In this document: positions 53,401 through 62,400 of the stretch, in pieces | Numbering within the stretch: the first letter of the stretch is position 1 | Layout of the letters: each line of letters starts with the position of its first letter | Source: Takakia lepidozioides | Taxonomy: Eukaryota > Plantae > Bryophyta | Direction: 5' to 3' | Length of the DNA: 64,000 nucleotides | NCBI GenBank assembly: GCA_030704615.1 | Contig: CM060733.1 | Location: 13,268,001-13,332,000 of the forward strand | Program-made: the position numbers and the translations under genes | The notes under the pieces: model-generated | Databases searched by the model: none | The model's input: the letters and a program-made list of their open reading frames with translations, nothing else | Told to the model about the DNA's origin: nothing

Positions 53401-56400
53401 CTGAACCGACAGGCTGAACCAACATACCACCAAGAGATGCCTTCTCGGTGATATATGTGTGTGTGACAATTAGGTCTGAATGTAATGAAGTATTCACTTC
53501 ATTCTATGTTCCTGTGTCCTGGTCTGAGAGAGGTCTTAGCAAAGAGAGTCTGAGCTCAGAGAGGAGAGGAACCTTGAAGGTTCAGCTTCATACAGGGTCC
53601 ATTAAGTGTTGCTTACTATTGCAGGTGGCTTGCAGTCCATAGCATAGATTGTACTCATAAGACGTTGTTTGCAGTCCATAGCATAGAGTAAGAACAAAGG
53701 GGATCAGGGTTTGAAGCCTAGAACAAGTTCTGTTTGTTTGCAGGGTCAATTAGGCTTTGTTTCCAAGCTAGCGGTTTTCAGACCCTACAGTAGACAGTCC
53801 TCTTCTCAAAGGTCTAGGGACCAGTCAGACAAGATGAGTGCGTGTCTACATTTTGGTGCGAAATCAGCTGTTTTCGTGGTTTGAGAATGCGACTTATTTT
53901 GGGTGATCCATCATTATATAATAATACATAAAAAGTCATATAAAACAGATAGTGAAGCCACTAGTTCTACTTCTCAACAAACAAGAGAGAGGAAACAAAA
54001 CCAGAGCCAAAAACAGCCCAAAAGCAACTACTGCTCAAGGGATTGTCTAAGGGTCAAGGCCTCGTGCAGGTAAGCTGCCAAGCATTTCTGATCCTCGTAG
54101 AGATGGGCCTAGGCTTTGCTATCAGCTGGATGTCGAACCATTTATAACGTCCGCGGAAAGCTCAAAGAGCTCATGGGACAAAATGGAAAATAAAACATGA
54201 GAGAGGAAACAAAACCAGAGCCAAATAAAACAACTACTGCTCGAGGGATTGTCTAAGGGTGAAGGCCTCGTGCAGGTAGGCTGCCAAGCATTTCTGATCC
54301 TCATAGTGGAAGACTTCAGTGAGAGATTGAGTTCCGCGGAATAGACAGTGGAATCTTCCACGCATCTCATAATATAGAAGTTTATACAGTCAATTTCATT
54401 AGAACAGAAGGGCCGAATCATGAAACAGAATAGAGAAAGCACCAGTGCAACTTGAAGCAAATATGCATGTGATGTGGGAGATTTGATTGTTCAAGAGGGA
54501 GTCCAGCAAGTGCATCTGCCACTCAAGTCCACCTTCAGTAGTAAGATTACAGAACAGTGAACTCCTAGTCCATGTCAATGACACACTAAATCTATTTCAA
54601 ACCTAGTTCAGGTTCCCTCTTCTCCTGGCTTCAACAATCTTGGCATGAGTCTAGCAGCAAGTTGGTGCTGACTATTCCAGCTTTTGTTGAACTTGGCTTT
54701 GTAGTCAGTTATGCACTGATGGGAAGAGCTATTCCATCACAGTCTTTCACACAGTGGACAGCTGCTGTCTAAATAAGACAATAACGGTCATTATTTTGCT
54801 TAGAATACGAACTCGCTCAAATTCAAGAATATCATAGAAAATCTGTATTCACCTTGATCTAGAATGGAATGGATACATGGCAGGTGACGATTTTGAATTT
54901 CATGATAACAACAGAGGGCCTGATGGACCAGCTGCTGGGTATAGCTGTAGCCAAGGAAAGGCCAGACCTAGAAGCACAAAAGAACCAGCTTATTCTCCAG
55001 GGAGCCCAAAACAAGCAGATGCTAAAGGAGATTGAGGACAAGACATTGGAAGTTCTCTCTCAAGAAGGAAATATTCTTGATGATGAGACAGGGATCCAGG
55101 TAAAATGGTTTTCCTCTTACAATGCCAACTTCAAAATCAGTTGCGCATATAAAGCATCCAGCCAGGTTTATTTAGTGGAGTGCATAGAGTTATATAGTGT
55201 TCACACCCCTTGAGAAAATGCATAACGACTCCCAACAAGTTGAGAACCATGAAATGAACGTGAGATGCTAGCAATCGGCCACCTCCACAAGATTATAAAA
55301 TCTTCTAATGCCTTCACCCTTAGACAATCACTAGAATATTAGTTCTTATTCTTGGGTTCTGGTTTCGTTCCTCTCTCGTGTTTTCTTCCATTTTGTCCCA
55401 TAAGCTCTATGAGCTTTCCGCGGACGTTATAAAGCACCATTTCATTTCTCTCAATACATGGGTACATGCCCATGGTCTTGTTCTGTGAGCCTATGCAGGA
55501 TCAACTCTTCTAGATAAGAGTATGGAGTACTCATTTTACATCATTTCCAGCTAGCACTGTATTTTGCGAATCCAAACAACGGATGTGATTACATTCAGAT
55601 CTGGAATTGAATGTGGGGGTTCAGGTCCTGTCACAATCCAAGATACTAGGAGAGGATATCCAAGAAAAGCAGAAAGTGGCTGAGGTAACAGAGGGCATCA
55701 TCGACACAACCCGCAATTCATATGTACCAGTGGCCAAGCTTGCTTCCATCCTCTATTTCTGTGTTTCTGGTACCCTCTCTCTGGACCCATGGGGCCTCCT
55801 ATAGGCGCAATGCACTTTTTCTTCTTTTTCTTCTGCATCGTCTTACACCTAGTACATCTGGGATTTTAGTCATGTTTGTTTGGAAATTCCATTGTCCTCC
55901 TGAATACATAGTATTTTCTTTTTGGTATTGTACTATGTGGCATGGGCCTGTAGGGCACCTGGTGGACGTCAAGTTCCTTCTCTATAAATTCACTGGCTGC
56001 CCAACAAGCCCAACAAACTTTATCTTCAACTATCTTGTGTCTATCTTTCCAGTTCTTCAGGAATTATTGGTTTAGGCTCCTGTGTTTTCGAAATCTTATG
56101 TATAACTTGCTATTTCCTATTCACAAACTCTATCACAACCTTGGCACGCCAAAAAACCCGACTTTGGCAGGGCCAGTGGCCACAAAAGCACGTCAAGTGC
56201 AGAGTAACCAGGGGAAAATGATTGAGCTAACCTCTCTCAAAAGAAATGAAATGAAATGAAATGGTGCTTTACAAAGTTCTGTTATAACTCAAAAGAAAGA
56301 AAACCGAACATTAAGTGGAAGTGTGTACCTGGAAACTTTCTATGTTACAAAAGTCAAACAACAACTTCTCGTGCTTATGTACAAGATATGTCCTTACCTT

Positions 56401-59400
56401 AGCACATACGGGAGAGAGATCTATAGTTATGAGTCAAGTATTCAGAAACGACTGAGGTTTGCATTGATGTGATTTTGACTTCCAGATATGTGCAACATAG
56501 AGCCTATGTACCAATATTCACTCCCCTGGTTTATTGACCTCTTTATCGTCTCCATCCTGAATAGTGAGAAGTCTCCCGACCTACCCACTCGCCTCAACAA
56601 CCTGAATGCCCATTTTCTGTACAACTTATACTGTAACATTTGTCGCTCACTCTTTGAGAAAGACAAGATGCTGTTTTCTTTTCTGATGGCGGTGAAAGTG
56701 CAGTCAGGCGCAGGGCTGTTGGACCTGGAGGAGGTATTACATGTAGCGGCCTCCTGTTTTGCCAATTCTTAAGCAATCTTTTTGTTATGCAGCTTTATTT
56801 CAATTAACAAGTGGTGGCAAGCAGGAAACAACAAAACCGAGAGAATGAGTTCTTTTTTGTTGTAGCTTGGGCCTGGAGAGAGGGAAAAAGAATGGGACGA
56901 TGTTGCCCGGCCCTGTGGCCATAGACCCCGCACCCAGTTTGGGGGGAACAAGAGGGGCTCACTCCCGTAGTTACCTGGGTATAAACAATTGGTTCGGGCT
57001 TTCCAGATTTCCTCTAGAAAGCACACAAGCGTGAGAAGGGAGAAGAGAAATGAATGAAAATGAAATGGTGCTTTATAACGTCCGCGGAAAGCTCATAGAG
57101 AAATGAAATGAAATGGTGCTTTATAACGAAAGATTGTACTCATAAGACGTTGTTTGCCGTAGCCTTGTGGCCATTGACCCCCGCCCCAGTTTGAGCGGGA
57201 ACAAAAGGGACAGAACCTACCTCTGTCAGGGGCTGACGTTGGTAGTAAGACTTACCTCCATATAAAGAAATAATCCGGGTTTTCCAGATATCCTCTAGAA
57301 ATCCCTTCACACAAGCATCAATCTTCTGTGTGTGATTTGCCCAAAAACTAGGCCTCAGGAGGGCCTGGGCTTTTGGCTCAGCCTCGAGACTTTCAAAGTT
57401 GGTAAACAGGGGTACAGGCACAATTCCCTTAATAGATTTGAAGAGAGCGTCTCTTTGGTGAGAGAACCCCGGACAGTGTATCAGAAAATGAATACTGTCT
57501 TCAGATTGCCCACACAACGGGCAATTTGCACTCTCCCTTTCCTCTCTGCTTCTGTTTGCTGTTCAAAGGTAGGCTTCCTGCCCTGAGTTTAAATTTCAGT
57601 CTAGTGCCGAGAGTGGGTAGACCCTTGAGGTCATCCAAGATGTCGTCCCCCATGTCACAGACTGGAAACAAGTTCAGGGAAGTTTCCTGCCTAACTTCAT
57701 TTTCATCAGACAATCTCATGGCAACAGACATGGCTGAGGACACTACAGCCTCTAAGTCAGATTTATCTAGCAGGGTCAAGACTTGCGGATCCAGGTCCAG
57801 GTCCTTGAGGATCTCTTCTACTCTCTTCTGCCAGGACTTAGCCTGTTTGACAGGGCGGTCCTGTTTCCAAGATATAGAGTCGATTAACTTAGGATATCTG
57901 GTGTTGGGCATATGTTGCAGCTGACCCCACCATCTGACCTTGAATTCATCTCGTCGGGAGCTTAAGGACGGAATGCCAAACTCACCCCGAACAGCCACAT
58001 TGGCTGTTTTGGAGCATGCTGACATACACTCCTTAAGCACCCCCACTTGAATGGATTCTAGAGACTTTATAACGAGAGAGAGAGAGAGATTGTACTCATA
58101 AGACGTTGTTTGCCGTAGCCTTGTGGCCATTGACAAGAGAGAGAGAGAGAGAGAGCATCAACTCACAGGAGATGGACACGGGCGACAGGGTTGATCATTA
58201 TTCTTTCATCTTTGTCATCGAGGCTCAGCCATTTGCATTGAAAAACCGCAAACATCCACCGAACCTTATCCTGTGGATCACTGGAGAACCCATGTTCCCT
58301 GTCAATGCTCATACTATTCAGAATTGTAGCATTTAAAATTGGAGCTTTTCCTGTTTTGGGCAGGAAATACATTATTGCATAGGAGAAACTATCCCTTTGC
58401 ACATCCTCCTGCAACATGATGAATATGATGTTGGAGGTGTCAAGGCTATAGCCCTTGCACGACACTCTGAGAACAGAACGGGATGGGTAGCTCAGTGGTA
58501 GAGTACCCCACCGGAATGGGGGAGGTCCTAGGTTCAACCTAGCCCGACCACACGCCAGTGGTATAAGAGCCAAGGTTGGGGTGGTGGTCAGAATGGGTGG
58601 GCATTAGCATAAGGGCTATGCCTTGAGGGGGAGTGTTGGAGGTGTCAAGGCTATAGCCCTTGCACAACACTCTGAGAACAGAACGGGACGGGTAGCTCAG
58701 TGGTAGAGCACCCCACCGGAATGGGGGAGGTCCTAGGTTCAATCCCTAGCCCGACCACACGCCAGTGGTTTTCCAACATATGAGGCAAATGAAGATGAAA
58801 CTATACTTCGAAATCTACTTCACTAACACTTTAAAGATCAACATGTAGTTGTAGCTATATATCCATGAAAGCACTGCTTGAAGTTCATGACATGACCTGG
58901 GTGAATGATTACAGCTTAGGTTTCTGATGACGGGCGGTATAGTTCTTGAGAAAGAACCAGAGAAACCCAACATTCCATGGCTAACTGAGAAAATGTGGGG
59001 TGAATTCTATCGTATCTCCAAGGTACCCTTTGCTCTATAAGCTCTTTGAGCTTCCCATGGGCGTTATAAAGATTATTCATTCTTCCTCTGTTGTTCTCTG
59101 TTGCTTTTGGGCTGCTTCTGGCTTCGCTCTTTGTCTTTTACTCTTTCTTGTTTCCTGCTTTCCTTTCTGTCCGATAAACTCTTTGAGCTTTCTTTGGACG
59201 TTATATTGTTCCTTTTCATCTCATTTGATTTCTGTCCCATTCAATACTTTCTTTTGGTCCATAGTCCCTTTGGTTGATATTTTTTTGGACTATGTATTGT
59301 ACCAACCTGTTCCGGGAATTAAAATACTCTAAGGTGATCTACTATACTCGATTATCATATCTCAGCAGACATTGTATTAGAAATATACCTGTACTAACAA

Positions 59401-62400
59401 TAATTGTGTGTCTGCAGAACCTAGATCTTTTTCTTGTTGTCCTGTCATTCGCCAATGCAAATGAGAGAAATTTAGACGGAATCCTACATCTACGGCATGG
59501 CATTTCATGCTATCTTGATTTTCAGGGATGTATAATTCCGTACTAATGCAAATCAATTTGGATGGGGTTGGGGTAACAGATGGAGAGCTTCAAAGATCTA
59601 TATCTGGGTATTGAAGAGAATGCAAAGGGTTGGCAAGTACTGTTTGATAGCCCTCAGCCTCAAGTATGTACTGCTCCTATCCTCCCTGCCTTTGAGTGTT
59701 AAGGGTAAGCAGGCACCAACCAAGTCTCTGTCTACTGACTGGTCTTTGTTGTCCCTTCAATTTGTTGCAGTGGCCCTCTGGCCCCTGGTGGATAAATTTG
59801 CTTACAGTGTACTCAACACATTTTGTCCTCTTCTTCTACTGTCTCCCATAGGCCCTCTGGTCCACTGGTACTTTACGGTTTAGGGTTTAGTTAAATTTCT
59901 TTTCTGGCTTTACCATTTCCCCCCTCCAATTTTATATGCTTGATACTTGCACCATGAGAGCATTGAGGTTATTGTATGATCATGCCACTGTGGTAATGAA
60001 CTTAATACCACTAGATGCAAAAGCTGAGGAAATTGTCGCGGACACATCACAGGAACTTGCACATGTGTCTCTGAGTGGGGAGAGCAACCACCAGTAACCT
60101 CAGTTAAAAGCCACAGCTTTTCATGCCTCCACTCTCCACTAGATCAACAATCCATGTACGAGACAAGCTAGAATTAAGTCAATCGCACATATGGAACCTA
60201 TGGTGGTGAAAGAGCTGTGGCCAGTTCATCTACAACATCTGTGTATCACACTGATTACATTCTCTCCCTAAATTTTGCATCCACAGTTACTTACAGGTGG
60301 GAGACATATATCTAGTGGGTGACATCTGCTAATTACTGCATAAGTTACGAAACTCTATAGGGACTTCTTACATCTCACACTCAGGAATATTGTCCACCGT
60401 GCAGCAGGGTTCTGCTATCCAACTGGAGAAAGCTGCACAACTTTCTGTGCTGCAATTTCACACAGCCAGTGGTTGTCAATGGCAGGCCGCCACTGCCATG
60501 CAGGATCTCCTCTCTTTCCAGTTGCAAGCTAATGGAAGCAACCCCCATGAAAATGGCAGCCTCCAATGGCAACTGCTCCTGCCATATGGCTGATTTTTAG
60601 CAAGCACCCCTTGATTAGAACAGAACCTTTGACCTGCCCTGTGGACTGGATCTAGTATCTAGATCCCTGTATAAAGTAGGGTCCAGTATTGAAAGACTTA
60701 TACTGACCAGATTGATGGCAAGAGGCCAGTATGGTATACCTAGGCAAGAGTAAGCACTGTGAATGACTGTTGGGCAAGGCATTTGCTGTGTAGATGTAAC
60801 CCTGAGAGAATGAAATCATGATGGTACTACCTGGCCTTAGTATGCAAGACTTGACTGAGTCCTGACAGTCACAGATGCACTCTTTTGGGGAATCAATTGC
60901 AGAGAAATGAAATGAAATGAAATGGTGCTTTATAACGCCTGTGGTGCTTTAATTGCAGAGAGAAACTTTTCCAATGCCATGGAATCTTGATTTGAACACA
61001 TTCAAGAAGACGGTTCTGTTGCGCTGCATACGACCTGACAAGGCAGAGCCACATTTCTCAATGTTGCATTTTCTGTGAAGTAGCACTGGAACTTTATCCC
61101 AAGTATCTAGATCTTAACTCTAGTATCAAAAAGGAAACATGTGGGTGCAACGGTTGCTGGACCTTTATAAAATAAGAAATCTTATGTAGAGTTCCTCTGA
61201 AGTCGGTGATTTTTTAACAATAGGTTTTTAGTCTGAATCTTCCTTTCGATAGCATACAAGCCTTGACCAACAAGGCATGTGGCGCAGAAGGAAATTACTG
61301 TTGACATTCTGGGGAGGGGCAGGTGGTGTTGGCAGTGTCAGATTACGTGTCTGAGACACTGGGGACCAAGTTTATGGAACCACTGCCCCTAAACCTGGAG
61401 GTATGCTACAAGGACTCCTCGAGCACAGTACCACTTGTATTTATCCTCTCCCCAGGTTCAGACCCCATGTCATCCCTCCTAAAGCTTGCCGGCGATAATG
61501 GTGCAAAACTGCAAACAGTTTCACTTGGTCAAGGCCAAGGGCCAGTGGCCACAGCAATCCTGAAAGCTGCTGCTGGTGACGGGTCTTGGGTAGCTCTCCA
61601 GAACTGCCACCTGGCAGTCTCATGGATGCCCACATTTGAGAAATACTGGGAGCAAGAACTGACCAGCAAAGAGAAAGTGCATGATACTTTCAGGCTATGG
61701 CTAACCAGCTACCCATCTGAGTTTTTCCCAGTTGCCGTACTGCAAAATGCCGTCAAGATGACGAATGAGCCCCCCAATGGATTGAAGGCGAATATGACAG
61801 GGAGTTATCTCATGTATCCTATATCGGATCCTGAATTCTTTGGTGGTTGCTCCAAGGGGGCTGTATGGCGGCGTATGCTGTACTCCCTTTGTTTCTTCCA
61901 TGCCTATGTACAGGTGTTGACATTACCTCTGCATATTATATGTTTAGCTAATCACATACGAGCTTAGGCATCAGTTCCAACTTCTCAGTTTTTTTTAGAG
62001 TCTGCAATGTGGAGAGCACTGTGGAGAAGCAGCTGGACTCAGCTGAATCTGAAAAACTTTTGAGCATGGAAGAATCCTCTGGGTTTGATCAACAAGAGAA
62101 TGTTTTCATGAAATAAGCTTAATGGGACCATTCAGGCCCATTTTGTGGCTAATCTTCACTTTCCATCTAAATTGCACTTGCTTTCTTCTATTTTTTGAGC
62201 CGTGTTTGTGGGTCTTCTCAATTTCTTTCTTCCCAATGAAATGGACAATTGCGTCTAGTTGCTGTATTTCCCTTATCCTATCTAAACAAGCAGGATCTCT
62301 AAATACACCCATTGAGCCATACCTATGGGCATTGATCATCTGGGTATTTTTGTGCACCATTCTTTGCTACGTATGTCTCTTATGTTTATATAGGTTAACC

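Larger units (their letters stand above)
58429..58778 (+). mobile_element. TRIM-type non-autonomous LTR retrotransposon with tRNA-like sequence in both LTRs
   Basis: TGTTGGA...TCCAACA termini, TSD TATGA, direct repeats 58429-58562 and 58634-58778, PBS TGGTATAAGAGCC, PPT GAGGGGGAG. Confidence 0.9.

Noticed and set aside
58686-58757. Functional tRNA gene (nominal GGA or CGG anticodon)
   Set aside because: It lacks U33, has mismatches in the acceptor and anticodon stems, lacks the long variable arm expected of tRNA-Ser, and sits within an LTR.
59876-59890. Telomeric tract GGTTTAGGGTTTAG
   Set aside because: Only about two units with no clear element junction, so it could be chance.
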